From an uncultured bacterium (lineage in GTDB: Bacteria > Chloroflexota > UBA5177 > JANWHV01), in contig CAWHAE010000016.1 in assembly GCA_963827235.1 (NCBI GenBank), forward strand, positions 480,001-544,000: a stretch of 64,000 nucleotides of DNA, given 5' to 3'. Of the stretch, positions 49,279 to 60,775 are shown in pieces. Every line of letters begins with the position of its first letter. Position 1 is the first letter of the stretch. The notes below the pieces were generated by a model that did not search any database, was not told where the DNA came from, and worked only from the letters and a program-made list of their open reading frames with translations. Made by a program: the position numbers and the translations under genes.

Positions 49279-50256
49279 ATGAGCTATCTATACCGGCGCC
49301 TCATCTTCTACCTGGTGGCCCTTTGGGCGGCCATCACCCTGAACTTCGCCATCCCGCGCATGATGCCGGGTAATCCGGCCGAGGTAATCTACGCCCAGCA
49401 CTCCGCCCAGCTCTCGGGTAATCCCCACGCTTTGGACGCCATAAAGGCGTCACTGGGAATCTCCGACGACCCTATGCCGCTCCAGTACTGGCACTACATT
49501 GTCAACCTCGCGCACGGCAACCTGGGCACTTCCTTCTTCTATGGACCGGTAACAGATATCATCCGCGACCGCATGCCATGGACGCTGTTTCTACTCGGCC
49601 TGGCCTCCGTGCTCGCGTTCATACTCGGCACCCTGCTGGGCATCTACTGCTCCTGGCGCCACGGCGGCCTTGCCGATTCCATTCTGGTCCCTGTAACCGC
49701 GCTGACCAGCAGCTTTCCCACCTTCTTTCTCTCACTGCTCTTTGTCTACTACATCGGCTTCGATCTCGGCTGGTTCCCTACAGGTGGCAGCTACGATCAG
49801 GGAACCGCGCCGCACCTGAGCATCGCCTTCCTCTGGAACATGCTCTACCACGCCATCCTGCCCGCCTTCGTCATCCTTATCACTTCGATCGGCGGCTGGC
49901 TACTGGGCATGCGTAACGCCATGATCAACACCCTGGCGGAGGACTACGTGCAGATGGCAGTTGCCAAGGGCCTACGCGAGCGACGCATCATGATCATGTA
50001 CGCGGCGCGCAACGCTATTCTGCCCCAGATCACCGGCTTCGCCATGGCCATCGCTTTCATCGTGGGCGGCGCCTTCCTCACCGAGCTGGTATTCAATTAC
50101 CAGGGAGTAGGATTTGCCCTGGTAAACGCCGTCAACAACCTCGACTATCCACTGCTACAGGGTTTGCTCTTATTCATTACGTGCTGCGTGCTGTTCGCTA
50201 ACCTGATTGCCGATCTGATCTATGCCCGCCTCGATCCTCGAGTGCGGCGAACGTGA
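49279..50256 (+). CDS. ABC permease DppB/OppB-like
   Basis: IPRMMPGNP, EDYVQMAVAKGL, LDPRVR. Confidence 0.93.
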   Translation: MSYLYRRLIFYLVALWAAITLNFAIPRMMPGNPAEVIYAQHSAQLSGNPHALDAIKASLGISDDPMPLQYWHYIVNLAHGNLGTSFFYGPVTDIIRDRMPWTLFLLGLASVLAFILGTLLGIYCSWRHGGLADSILVPVTALTSSFPTFFLSLLFVYYIGFDLGWFPTGGSYDQGTAPHLSIAFLWNMLYHAILPAFVILITSIGGWLLGMRNAMINTLAEDYVQMAVAKGLRERRIMIMYAARNAILPQITGFAMAIAFIVGGAFLTELVFNYQGVGFALVNAVNNLDYPLLQGLLLFITCCVLFANLIADLIYARLDPRVRRT

Positions 50257-50275
50257 GCGCGGGGGGAGACCAGAC

Positions 50276-51319
50276 ATGCTCAGCAGTACATCGTCTCGCA
50301 GCGGCCGTCCCGCCGAGCGCCGCGGACCGCGCTTTCGCCTGCCCCGCTGGCTTCCGCTGCTGCTCAGCGACCGCAAGGCGGCCGTCGGCTTGTTCATTCT
50401 CGCATTTTTCATCCTCATGTCGATCTTCGCGCCCATGATCTGGACCGGTAATCCGATGCGCGGTGACTTCATGGCGCCGCCACAGCAAGGGCCTTCCGCG
50501 GCCCATTGGCTCGGCACGGATTCGATCAACAATGACGTCTTCCTGCAGATCATCAACGGCGGACGAGACACGCTGTACGTGGGCTTCGCGGTCGCCCTTG
50601 TGTGCACGTTGGTCAGCGTGGGCGTAGGCCTGTCTGCCGGCTACTTCGGTGGCTGGGTCGACGAGGTGCTCAGCATGATCACCAACGTCTTCCTGGTGAT
50701 GCCCGGGCTGCCGCTCTGCATTGTGCTCGCATCCTACATTAAGGCGCCCAAGACGCTGACTCTCTCGTTCCTGGGCCACGGTAGCTGGGACGTGCCTCTG
50801 CCCCAATGGATAGTGGGCGAGCTGCCCGTCGTGGGAGTGCTGTCGTTCATCAGCTGGGCCTGGGGGGCTCGCGTGCTGCGCAGCCAGGCTCTCAGCATCA
50901 GGTCGAAGGATTTCGTGCAGGCGGCGATTGTTTCAGGGGAGTCGGCCTGGCGCATAGTGTGGGCCGAGATGTTGCCGAACATGATTAGCCTGGTCACGAG
51001 CTCGTTCATAGGCACCTGTAGCTACGCGATCATCACGTCCGTCACTCTCAAGTTCCTCGGCCTGGGCTCCAACGGCATCGTGAGCTGGGGCACGACGCTG
51101 TACTACGCGCAGAACGGCTCCGCGATCGAGAACGGCGCCTGGTGGACGTACGTACCTGCCGGCATGTGTATCGCCTTAACGGCAATGGCGCTCACCCTGA
51201 TCAATTTCGGTATCGACGCGATCAGCAACCCGCGCTTGCGGGTGGACAAGATCAAGCCGCTGCCGAGGTCCAGCCCGGCAGGAGCAGGCAAGAGCGTCAG
51301 CATCGTCGGGGCGCGATAG
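50276..51319 (+). CDS. ABC permease DppC/OppC-like
   Basis: HWLGTD, DFVQAA..GES, SNPRLR. Confidence 0.93.
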   Translation: MLSSTSSRSGRPAERRGPRFRLPRWLPLLLSDRKAAVGLFILAFFILMSIFAPMIWTGNPMRGDFMAPPQQGPSAAHWLGTDSINNDVFLQIINGGRDTLYVGFAVALVCTLVSVGVGLSAGYFGGWVDEVLSMITNVFLVMPGLPLCIVLASYIKAPKTLTLSFLGHGSWDVPLPQWIVGELPVVGVLSFISWAWGARVLRSQALSIRSKDFVQAAIVSGESAWRIVWAEMLPNMISLVTSSFIGTCSYAIITSVTLKFLGLGSNGIVSWGTTLYYAQNGSAIENGAWWTYVPAGMCIALTAMALTLINFGIDAISNPRLRVDKIKPLPRSSPAGAGKSVSIVGAR

Positions 51320-51543
51320 TCGCTGCCAATCTCGCGGATATGCATCGCCGGCGGCTGGCAGTCGCCACCGGCCATGGTATTCAAGCGGCCACCGGCGGAC
51401 CGTGAGCGGCTACGGAGGGCTAGGCAGCCACTGTATACTCTCACTGGAGCGGGACGACGGCCGCCGGGGCCACGCGCCTGACATCGGTCCATTTCCTCCT
51501 GCCCTGCGTACTGCACCCACACGATGACGGGACCACTGGATCA

Positions 51544-52725
51544 ATGCGAATCTGCTGTCCGGGCTTGCGCAGGCTCGCTCGGATATGGCCGGGCCTCTTC
51601 TGTGCAGGCGCGATACTATGCGTCGCGCCGAGCGCCTTCGCCATGCCGGCGAGTTCTGCAGCATTGCGCCGCATCTGGCAGCCCGTTGCACTGCTTCCTG
51701 TGCCGGCAGACAGCCTGACGGCGGTCCGCCTGCCCGACGACTCGGTGATTGCCCTGGGCGGCGATGCCGCTTTGCAGTCTCACACCCGGATGGCCGCGGA
51801 GCTTGCGCCGGACGCAACATCATGGACCAGGCTGCCGGATGCACCCGTCGAGCTGGACACGCCGGCAGCATTGGCGCTCGGCTCGACCAGCGTGCTCGTC
51901 GTAGCTCCCGCGTACGCCAACGGCTCTTTGGCCCAGCCCAGCAAGGCCCTCATACTCGAGCCACAGCTCCGGCGCTGGCTCGCTCTTCCCAGTGTTCCCC
52001 TACCGCTTCTCGCGCCGCGCCTCCTGCGGCTGGATCAGAGGCACGTCCTGGCGGTGGGCGCGGTCGGCGGTCCGATCGGTGCCTCGCTGGACTTGCGCAC
52101 CACCAGGTGGACGGTGGTACGAGCGCCCGTACGCGAGCTTGCCGGCTACACTGCCGTCATGGTTCCTGGCAAAGGCGTCCTGCTGCTGGCTTCGATCGCG
52201 GTCACCGCGGCCGGCCTGCCGGTTCCAGTCCGCCGCGCTTTTCTGCTGAGTAATCGCTTCGACTGGCGCCAGGTTGCCCGGCCGCCCCTGTCCGAGGACG
52301 GCGCACAAGCCGAAGTGATCGATCCCGGCAGAGTGCTCTTTGCCGGCGGTCGCCCGACCGGGGATGAACCGGCACAGCCCGCGCCGCCTCCATTGCTCTA
52401 CAACAGCGAGACGAATACCTGGACCGTGGCCGGCAGTACCGGCCAGATCCACCGCGGTGGCCTTCTCGTCGCCCTGGGTAGCGGTCAGGCCTTGCTGATC
52501 GGCGGACACAACGAACGCGGCGAGCCGACCGCCGAGTGCCTCCTCTTTGACGGCACCGGGTGGCATCGCGCCGAATCGCTGCCGGGCTCCTGGGCCGGCT
52601 ACGCCGTGGTCGGTCTGCCGGACTCCCGGGTCCTGCTGATCGGAGGCGACCGGGTGAAATCGTCCACGATCGAGCCGGTCGCCGATGCCGTCGAGTGGTC
52701 GCTCGACCCGGGTTACCCGTCCTGA
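51544..52725 (+). CDS. Secreted Kelch-repeat-like beta-propeller protein
   Basis: Signal peptide, repeated VLxxGG...W units. Confidence 0.7.
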   Translation: MRICCPGLRRLARIWPGLFCAGAILCVAPSAFAMPASSAALRRIWQPVALLPVPADSLTAVRLPDDSVIALGGDAALQSHTRMAAELAPDATSWTRLPDAPVELDTPAALALGSTSVLVVAPAYANGSLAQPSKALILEPQLRRWLALPSVPLPLLAPRLLRLDQRHVLAVGAVGGPIGASLDLRTTRWTVVRAPVRELAGYTAVMVPGKGVLLLASIAVTAAGLPVPVRRAFLLSNRFDWRQVARPPLSEDGAQAEVIDPGRVLFAGGRPTGDEPAQPAPPPLLYNSETNTWTVAGSTGQIHRGGLLVALGSGQALLIGGHNERGEPTAECLLFDGTGWHRAESLPGSWAGYAVVGLPDSRVLLIGGDRVKSSTIEPVADAVEWSLDPGYPS

Positions 52726-52928
52726 TCCGCGCCGGAGCTCGGCCTCGATAGGCTCGCCACATCGGGCGGCAAGTCGCGGAAATGCACCTGGCTTTCCAAT
52801 TCTCTGTTCAGTTTGATACCCTCCGCATGTTGTGTCTATGCTGCCCAGGCGGGCGAGCACCTCGCGGCTGTACCGATCACCTGCCGAGTTCACTGAGACG
52901 GCAGGCCAGCAATGGATGGAGATAGCGT

Positions 52929-53570
52929 GTGGCAGAATCCAGGCTGTTTCAGGACGAGGCGATTGAGCGGATGGTCCTCGATGCATTCGACGAGATGTGC
53001 AGCGACGCCGGCATAGAGGGCGCCTTCGCCGAGGAGGGTCCCATGACTCTCGCCCTGGTGCCCGATGCACTCCGGCTGGGCGCCGCCGTCGACCTCTGGA
53101 TGCGCATCGAAAGCCGCGAAGAGACCGCCCGCCAGGCGTTCTCGGAGCAGACGAGCATACTCGGCAGTCATCTGATCGACGTGAAGAGCGATGTGGATGA
53201 GGACGAACTCGAAGAAGACGATGAGGACCTGGAGGACGAAGAATACGATGACGAAGGCGAGCCGGTGGCGCAAGTCGATGAAGCAGTGGCGGGCGGAGAG
53301 GTGACGCAAGACGCCGAGCAAGAAGCCTATGAGGAGACGGTAGAGCCTCTGCTCGACGAGCTCGAGCTGCGTGGCCGCCTGCTCGTCGACGTCGTCAACG
53401 CCGTGAGCCAGCAGCTGTCCGACCGTCGTGGCGCTCTCGAGCTCGGCGAGGAGCTGCCCAGCCTCGCTTCCGTCCGCCAAGCACTCCTGGAAGCCCTGAA
53501 CATCACATTCGAAGACGAGCGTCTCGAAGATCTCTGGTCACATGGCGTGTTGATCGGTACCGAGGAGTAG
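52929..53570 (+). CDS. Highly acidic hypothetical protein
   Basis: DVDEDELEEDDEDLEDEEYDDEGE tract; GGAG SD. Confidence 0.75.
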   Translation: MAESRLFQDEAIERMVLDAFDEMCSDAGIEGAFAEEGPMTLALVPDALRLGAAVDLWMRIESREETARQAFSEQTSILGSHLIDVKSDVDEDELEEDDEDLEDEEYDDEGEPVAQVDEAVAGGEVTQDAEQEAYEETVEPLLDELELRGRLLVDVVNAVSQQLSDRRGALELGEELPSLASVRQALLEALNITFEDERLEDLWSHGVLIGTEE

Positions 53571-53793
53571 CAGGCGCTGGTATGCGGTCGGTCGCTCGGC
53601 ACCACGCATGGCCGTCTGACCACACGCTCGGTTAGCGGTTAGCTGTCGCAAGCCAGATGGGCGCCGCTTGTCCGAGCGCGGCGCTTTCGAGCATGGACTG
53701 CGTCTCGCGGCATCGCCCCGGCGCTGCCGACAGGCGACGCGCCCCTCCGACATCCATGCCGTTAGGTCCGATGGTCCGCGATGCACCGGTGAC

Positions 53794-55251
53794 CTAATAC
53801 GCCTTTGCGAAGATGATGCGCCGTCCGACGCCTGGAGCACCGCAACGCACGCATGTGCCCTGCTCCACCGGACCGTCGAACGGGATGCAGCGAGCCGTGG
53901 CCTTTGTATCCTCCTTGATCGCAGCCTCGCACGCTGGGTCCCCGCAGTGGTGGGCATTGATGAAGACGTTGCGCTCGGTCAGCTCTCGCACGAACACCTC
54001 GTAGTCGTCCACGTCCTCGGTCAAGGAATGCCGGAGCTGCAGTGCTCGGTCGAACATGCTGGCCTGGATCTCGGCAAGCAGCGTCGGGACGCGGTCCGGC
54101 AGATCGGCGATTGGCGCGGATTCTTTGCTGCGCAGGTCACGGCGTGCCAGCACGACCTGGCCGGACGCGATGTCGCGTGGGCCTACCTCCATGCGAAGCG
54201 GTACGCCTTTGAGCTCCCACTCATTGTACTTGAAGCCCGGTGTCAGCTCCTCACGCCGGTCCACCTTGAGCCGGACCTTTCCTTCGAGGGCGCGTTGGAT
54301 GTCATCTACCGCGGCCAGCACGGCCTCGCGCTCGGCCGGCTTGCGCGCGATGGGAACGATCACTAGCTGTACGGGCGCTACGCGCGGCGGCAGGACCAGC
54401 CCGGCCTCGTCACCGTGCGTCATGATGATGGCGCCGATGATACGCGTTGAGAGGCCCCAGCTCGTCTGGAAGGGGTGCATCCGCACACCTTGATCCTTCG
54501 TCTGGTATTCGATCTCATACGCCCGCGTGAAGTTCTGGCCCAGGTTGTGCGACGTCCCCGCCTGTAGGGCCCGCCCATCGGACATCATGGCCTCGATGGA
54601 GATCGTATAGTCCGCGCCGGCAAACTTCTCGCTCGCCGTCTTCCGGCCCGGAATCACCGGAATGGCCAGCCAGTCCTCTGCCAGCGTGCCGTATACGTTG
54701 AGCATCTTCTCGGTCTCTTCCGCGGCCTCTTCCGGCGTGGCGTGGAACGTGTGGCCCTCCTGCCACAGGAACTCGGTCGTGCGCAGAAAGAAGCGTGTCC
54801 TCATTTCCCAGCGCATGACGTTCGCCCACTGATTGATCAGCACGGGCAGATCTCGCCACGACTGGATGTAGCGCTTGTACGTCGAGCAGATGATCGTCTC
54901 CGAAGTGGGCCGGATCGCCAGGCGCTCCTCGAGCTCCGCGCCACCCGCGTGCGTCACCCAGGCGACCTCGGGCGCGAAGCCCTCGACGTGCTCTGCCTCC
55001 TTGGTGAGGAAACTCTCCGGTATTAGCAGCGGGAAGTACATGTTCTCGTGCCCGGTCGCTTTGATCATGTCGTCGAGGGCTCGCTGCACGTTTTCCCACA
55101 GGGCATAGCCGTATGGCCGGATGATCATGCATCCGCGCACGGCTGAGTAGTCTGCCAGCTCGGAGCGGCGCACGACGTCCGTATACCATTCGTTGAAGTT
55201 CTCGCTCTTCCGCGCAATCTGGTCCGGAAGCTTTGTGATCTCGTCATTCAT
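53794..55251 (-). CDS. proS: Proline--tRNA ligase, archaeal/eukaryote type
   Basis: IRPTSET, FLRTTEFLWQEGHT, GTSHNLGQNF, C-terminal FAKAY. Confidence 0.97.
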   Translation of the reverse strand: MNDEITKLPDQIARKSENFNEWYTDVVRRSELADYSAVRGCMIIRPYGYALWENVQRALDDMIKATGHENMYFPLLIPESFLTKEAEHVEGFAPEVAWVTHAGGAELEERLAIRPTSETIICSTYKRYIQSWRDLPVLINQWANVMRWEMRTRFFLRTTEFLWQEGHTFHATPEEAAEETEKMLNVYGTLAEDWLAIPVIPGRKTASEKFAGADYTISIEAMMSDGRALQAGTSHNLGQNFTRAYEIEYQTKDQGVRMHPFQTSWGLSTRIIGAIIMTHGDEAGLVLPPRVAPVQLVIVPIARKPAEREAVLAAVDDIQRALEGKVRLKVDRREELTPGFKYNEWELKGVPLRMEVGPRDIASGQVVLARRDLRSKESAPIADLPDRVPTLLAEIQASMFDRALQLRHSLTEDVDDYEVFVRELTERNVFINAHHCGDPACEAAIKEDTKATARCIPFDGPVEQGTCVRCGAPGVGRRIIFAKAY

Positions 55252-55484
55252 CGTGGCAGAATCTCCCACACGATTGATGGGGTACTCAAGAAGGAAGCTA
55301 GGGTAGTGTAGCACAGAGCCTCCAGGATTTTCCCTCGGCTCGAGCCAGAGTCGCGCCGTGGAGCCGCACCCTCCGAAGCCCTGACTCGGACAGGCGAGCG
55401 TGGCCAAAGGCGCGCCGGCGCTGCTGTGCAGTGCCGCGGTGTTACCATGAGGTGACGTAGTACCAGTGTAGTCGTGGGGATAAC

Positions 55485-56402
55485 GTGTACTCCAGCTTCT
55501 GGCCTTCCGGATTTCGCTCGGGCAGGATAAGCGTCACATCGATTCTGGACGACGCCTTCAACATTCTGAGGCGTAGTTTCGCGCTGGTGGTCGCGGCGAG
55601 CGCACTGCTGATCGTACCGGTGACTCTTTTGTCCACGTTCCTCACCGCCCGCGTGGCTCCGAACGTCAACGCACATGCGCAGCGGGTGGTCGACCTGTCC
55701 AATGACATGCAGGACGGCCACACGATCGCCGTTTCCACCTGGACCAACGCCGTGATTGCCGTAGTCAAGGACTACTTGAAGATTCTCGCGGTTGCCGGCG
55801 GCCTGGGTCTGGCCCAGGCGTGTCTGCTCGGCTGCGCATTAGGTGCCGCCGTCAGCCTGCTCTGCCTCGGTCGTGAGACCACGGTCGCCGCATGCTACAG
55901 ATTTGCCGCTCGCCGTTTCGTCAAGGCCGTGTCTGCAACGCTGGCGGCCGTGGCGTTCCTGGTACTGTGCGCGGGCGTACCGGCGCTGCTGGGCGTGCTG
56001 ACCGGATCGACGGGTCTCACAGCATTGCTCGTCCTCGGCTCATTGATCGTGGTGGCAGTTCTGGGCGTGCGAATGTCGCTGCTCGTGCAGGTCGTCACCG
56101 TAGAAGGTCGTGGTCTGAGCGCGCTGGCTCGCAGCTTTGCGCTGACCAAAGGCTACTTCTGGAAGGTGATCGGCCTCACGTTGCTCACAACCTTCATGGT
56201 ATTTCTCATGGTCAACCTCACCGACACCATCGTCATGCATGCCACGAACAATGCGCTCGTGGACACGCTGGTGAACGTGACTATCACCACGTTGACCTCG
56301 CCTCTCGTGCTCTGCGCGCAGATGCTGCTGTACATGCAGCTCCGCATCGCAAAGGAAGGCTTTGGTCCCGAGGCGCTGGCTGAAGAGATGCGGGCGGTCT
56401 AG
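55485..56402 (+). CDS. Integral membrane protein (GDPD membrane-domain-like)
   Basis: Several TMs, [26 protein letters not shown]. Confidence 0.75.
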   Translation: MYSSFWPSGFRSGRISVTSILDDAFNILRRSFALVVAASALLIVPVTLLSTFLTARVAPNVNAHAQRVVDLSNDMQDGHTIAVSTWTNAVIAVVKDYLKILAVAGGLGLAQACLLGCALGAAVSLLCLGRETTVAACYRFAARRFVKAVSATLAAVAFLVLCAGVPALLGVLTGSTGLTALLVLGSLIVVAVLGVRMSLLVQVVTVEGRGLSALARSFALTKGYFWKVIGLTLLTTFMVFLMVNLTDTIVMHATNNALVDTLVNVTITTLTSPLVLCAQMLLYMQLRIAKEGFGPEALAEEMRAV

Positions 56403-57371
56403 ACGCGCCGCCCTCCCGGCAGCGCGGCTCCGATGAGTTCGGCCATGCCAGTCACCCCTCGCCTCGACATCCAGGACGCCAGACCATCCACGAGTCTCTC
56501 TGTGGCGACCGGGTCCGCGAACGAGGCCGTGCCGACCTGCACTGCAGAGGCACCTGCCATGAAGAACTCCACGGCGTCTTCCACCGCGATCACTCCACCG
56601 GCACCGACAATGGGGATGGATACGGTCTGCGCTACCTGGTAGACGATGCGCACGGCAATCGGCCGGATGGCCGGTCCAGAGAGCCCGCCCGTGACGTTGC
56701 CCAGGTACGGCCTGCGTTGATCCACGTCGATGCGCATGCCCAGGACCGTGTTGATCAACGTCAGCGCGTCGGCGCCCGCCTCTTCGACGGCCAGAGCAAT
56801 CGGCCTGATGTCCGTCACGTTGGGCGTGAGCTTGACAATCACCGGTAGCGAGCAGGCCGCGCGCACTTCGCGAGTCACCTCGGCGGCGAGCATCGGGGTC
56901 GGCTCCGAACAGCATGCCGCCGGCCGCGACGTTGGGACACGACACGTTCAGCTCCAGCGCGGCCACACCCGGCACGCCGTCGAGCGCCTCGGCCACCGCG
57001 ACGTAGTCGTCAACAGATTCGCCGGCAACGTTCACGACGACGGGCACCCGCCATTTGGCCCAAATTGGCGCCTTCTCGCGCACGATCACGGCCACGCCCG
57101 GGTTCTGCAATCCCACCGCATTCAACATGCCGGCAGGTGTCTCCGCAACGCGCGGCGGCGGCGCACCCCGCTGTGGACGAATGGTTGTCCCCTTGGTGAA
57201 TATCGCGCCGAGTCGCTGGATATCCACCAGGCGAGCGTACTCTATGCCATAGCCGAATGTGCCTGCAGCCGCGGCGATCGGGTTCTGCAGAAGCAGCCCG
57301 GATGGATGAGACGGCGCCAGCTCGGTCTGAAGGCTCCGCTGCGACTGCCTCTCGGCGGACGATATCGTCAC
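56399..57371 (-). CDS. pyrD: Dihydroorotate dehydrogenase family 1 catalytic subunit (frameshift near 56895)
   Basis: [35 protein letters not shown]. Confidence 0.92.
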
Positions 57372-57414
57372 GATACGGCGATCCTCGCCCACGAGCGCGG
57401 CGATTGCGCCCTGC

Positions 57415-57714
57415 TCATCGACCATACAGCCGCTTGCGCCGCGCGCGCGCCCAGTACACAAGCGCCAGCACGACGACGAGCGGCAGGGCTAGAGCGAACA
57501 GGAAGCGAACGACCTCGCCGACCACCAGCACCGCCACGAGCGCGGCCAGACCGTAGGCCATGAGCCGGAGGCCCGGTTCGCCGACCAGATCGACGATACC
57601 CCGCGGTCGAGCGGGCTCGACCGCATATCCCCGAGCACCGGGCAGAATCGCCCCGCAGGCCGGACACCAAGCGTCCGCCTCGTTCGTCGGTGCGCCACAA
57701 TGCGGACAAAACAT
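57415..57714 (-). CDS. Zinc-ribbon small membrane protein
   Basis: CPHCG...CPACG plus two TMs. Confidence 0.75.
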   Translation of the reverse strand: MFCPHCGAPTNEADAWCPACGAILPGARGYAVEPARPRGIVDLVGEPGLRLMAYGLAALVAVLVVGEVVRFLFALALPLVVVLALVYWARARRKRLYGR

Positions 57715-57769
57715 CCGGCACCTCTTCTTCTGGCATCCCTGCAATTCTACTGCAAGACGCGCAGATCGG

Positions 57770-58878
57770 CTACGCTCGCTCGCGGGCTCTCAACACGCTG
57801 TATCCGGGAGACCATCCTTCGCGACCCTTGGTGCGAAGTGTGCCGATGGACTGCACCTCAAAGAAGTCGGCCATCGCTTCATATGTGTGCTGAGTGACCA
57901 GGATCTGTCCTGGGCCGGCGCTTTGTTCAAATCGAGCCGCCAGATTGACTGCGTCGCCCACTGCCGTGTAGTCCATGCGCTGTTCCGAACCGATGTGGCC
58001 CACCACCACGTCGCCGCTGTTTATGCCGATACCCATCTGGAGCGCGACGTCGGGAAAGCCGCTCGACGCGTACGCGGCCGACAAGAGCTTGCATGGCCAA
58101 GCCCGCCGACACGGCGCGCGCGGCGTGGTCGTCATAACTGATCGGGGCACCGAACAGGGCCATCACGCCATCGCCCAGAATCTGGTTCACCGTGCCGCCG
58201 TGCGCGTACACCGCCGAGATAATCTCGCCAAGGTAGGCGTTGAGCACTTTCATCGCTTCCTGAGGCGGCAAGCTCCTCCGCCAGGCTGGTATAGCCGCGA
58301 AGATCGCCAAAGAGTATGGAAACCGTGCGGCGCTCGCCTCCAGGGCGCAGGTAGCGGCTGGGATCGCGCAGAATCTGGTCTGCTACCCCAGGTGACACCG
58401 CGCGCTGCAGCGCGTCGAGGAGCAGGTCATTGCGTTGCTCGAGCTGGTCTCGCAACGACTTGATACTCAGCAGCGAACGGGCACGCGCGCGCACTTCTAC
58501 TTCGTTGAACGGCTTGGAGATGAAATCGTCCGCCCCCGCCTCGATCCCTTCCACGCGATCGGCGGTATCGGCAAGCGCGGTCACCAGGATGACAGGTAGT
58601 GTTTGCGTCTCCGGCTTCTTGCGCAGCGCGCGACAAACGTCATAGCCGGACATACCGGGCATCATGACGTCGAGAATGACCAGGTCAAAGGGAGCACGGT
58701 CCAGCATATCGAGGGCGTCGGTGCCTGCCGTGGCAATCGACGTGTTGTAACCTTCCGACCTGAGAACCATCTGCATCAGCCGGGCATTCCTCTGATCGTC
58801 GTCGACGATCAGAATGTGGGGCGTCGGCAAGCTCGCCTTCTGGTCCGCTCGCCGTCCGGTCAGTTCTTCCTCAGGCAT
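57770..58878 (-). CDS. Response regulator-class III nucleotide cyclase (frameshifts near 58271 and 58085)
   Basis: REC domain, FGDLRGYT, LGDG, GIGINSG, GDAVNLAAR. Confidence 0.88.
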
Positions 58879-59243
58879 CGTTCAATCACTCTGATTAACT
58901 CGGCATCGTCGATCGGCTTGCTCAGGTAGGCATCGCACCCGGCGGCAAGGATACGTTCGGCGTCTCCCAGCATGGCATAGGCCGTGGTCGCCACGAGCGG
59001 GATCGCGCGCGTCTGGGCATCGCTTTTCAGCATGGCCGCCAGCGTAAACCCATCGAGACCGGGCAACTGCATATCGAGCAGGATCAGTGCCGGCAATCGT
59101 TCCCGCAGCTTGGCCAGCGCCTCGTGTCCCGTGCCGGCTTCCTCAACAGCATAGCCCTGCGTACGCAGGATCAGCCGCACGAGTCGCATATTGACCGGAT
59201 TGTCCTCGACCACCAGGATGCTTGCCAGTGTCGATTGAGGCAT
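58860..59243 (-). CDS. Single-domain response regulator (DivK-like)
   Basis: ILVVEDN, LLDMQLP, TAYAM, YLSKP. Confidence 0.92.
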   Translation of the reverse strand: MPQSTLASILVVEDNPVNMRLVRLILRTQGYAVEEAGTGHEALAKLRERLPALILLDMQLPGLDGFTLAAMLKSDAQTRAIPLVATTAYAMLGDAERILAAGCDAYLSKPIDDAELIRVIERCLRKN

Positions 59244-59602
59244 CGCTCTTATGCCGTTCACTTAGCGGGCCGTCCGTCGCACGCGGACATCATCCACCGA
59301 ACAGTGTACGCGACGCGGCTCAATCGGCGGCACCCACCCCCACTCCACGTACGGCCCTGCAGCCGTCGAACCAGCGCTCCGATCGGGCGCGCCCAGAGCT
59401 TCAGCCGCGTCGGCCACCTGCTGCCGAACCGGACCTGACGTCCACCGGTGCGCCGCCAGAGCACCGCTGGATCGCTTCATATACGCTTTTCGGGCGCCGA
59501 TTGGTCCGGCCGATATCGGCACCAGAGCCACCAGCGCCCCGTATACGCGGACACAGCTCACCGGCCGGCTCCCTAGGGTGGCCGCCGGCCGGCTAAACGC
59601 CG

Positions 59603-60581
59603 TCAGCGCACCGGGCGCAGATACGGGGAGTCCTGACCGACGTGATAGGAAACGGCCTGCCGGGGCGCGGTTTCCGGTTCCAGACCGCGACCCTGTACCA
59701 CGAGCAAGGGCACCTCCACGTGACGCAGGAGGTCCAGGGCAACGCTGCCGTACAGCACCTTGTCGAGACCCTGGCGACCATGGGTAGCCACCACGATCAG
59801 ATCGGCATTGTCCTCAGCCGCCGTGTCCAGTATCTCGGCGCATGGGCTACCGACAGGAACCGCACCGTGCCACACGCGACCGGCGAGACGCTCGTTCGCC
59901 ACCTTGTCGAGGTATCACCTGGGCTTCGCGCACGTAGCGGTCGGTCTCGTGTCCGGAGTCATCGTGCACCTGGGACACCACTTCTCGGCCGATTCCCGGC
60001 ATGGCCAGCGGAACGTGCCGCGGCACCACGCGGACCAGCTCTATGTCGGCCTTGCGTGCCACTGCCTCCCGCTCGAGCACGTCGAGCGACATCTCGGACA
60101 GGCGTGAACCGTCGAGAGCAACGAGAACGCGCTCGAAGCCGCCGTCTACTTCCTGAGCAGGCTGCCTGCCGGCTCGCGTCAAGACGACGGGCGTATCGCA
60201 CTTCCGTAGCACGGCTTCAGCGACCGAGCCGAGCAGAGCGTGGCTGAGTCCGGTGCGCCCGTGTGTGCTCATGCTGATCAAGCCCGCGCCTCGAGACTCG
60301 GCGGCAAAGAGAATGCCCCGCACAGGGTCGCACGGCAGCACGTCGCTGATCACGTCGAAACCACGGCCCCGCAGATCGAGCTCCAGGGCCGCGAGGTAGT
60401 CCTTTGCCTCGTGCAGGCTGCGCTTCTCCTCCGCATAGGTGCTTCTGTCTCCGGCAAAGAACATCGTGGTACGAATCAAATAGATCGTCGCGCCGGAATC
60501 GCGCGCCAGCTTGCACGCCGACCGTAGGCCTGATTCGGCTAAGGGTGACCCGTCAAGAGGCACCAAGATTGCATTGGTCAT
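59603..60581 (-). CDS. Tandem universal stress protein (frameshift near 59915)
   Basis: ILVPLDGS/STHGRTG/GSVAE and a second VALDGS/ATHGR/GSVA repeat. Confidence 0.88.
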
Positions 60582-60775
60582 GGCTGCCTTCCCCCAAGTG
60601 TATGCTGGATGCGCGTCAGTATTCTCACCCGACTTCACCATACTGCTGCAATACCGCTCTCGAACATGGTCTGATGACCTCATGAGGGCGGGCCTATCGG
60701 CACGCAGCAGACAGCCAACGTAGGGAGCCAGCCATCCGTGCCGCCGATCCGTAGGGCATGTGCCGGACTCCATGA

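Noticed and set aside
55252-55484. T-box leader for proS
   Set aside because: No T-box GGTGGNACCGCG consensus or terminator found on the minus strand
59262-59480. 72-aa ORF between USP and response regulator
   Set aside because: No clear SD or motif; cannot be supported from sequence alone
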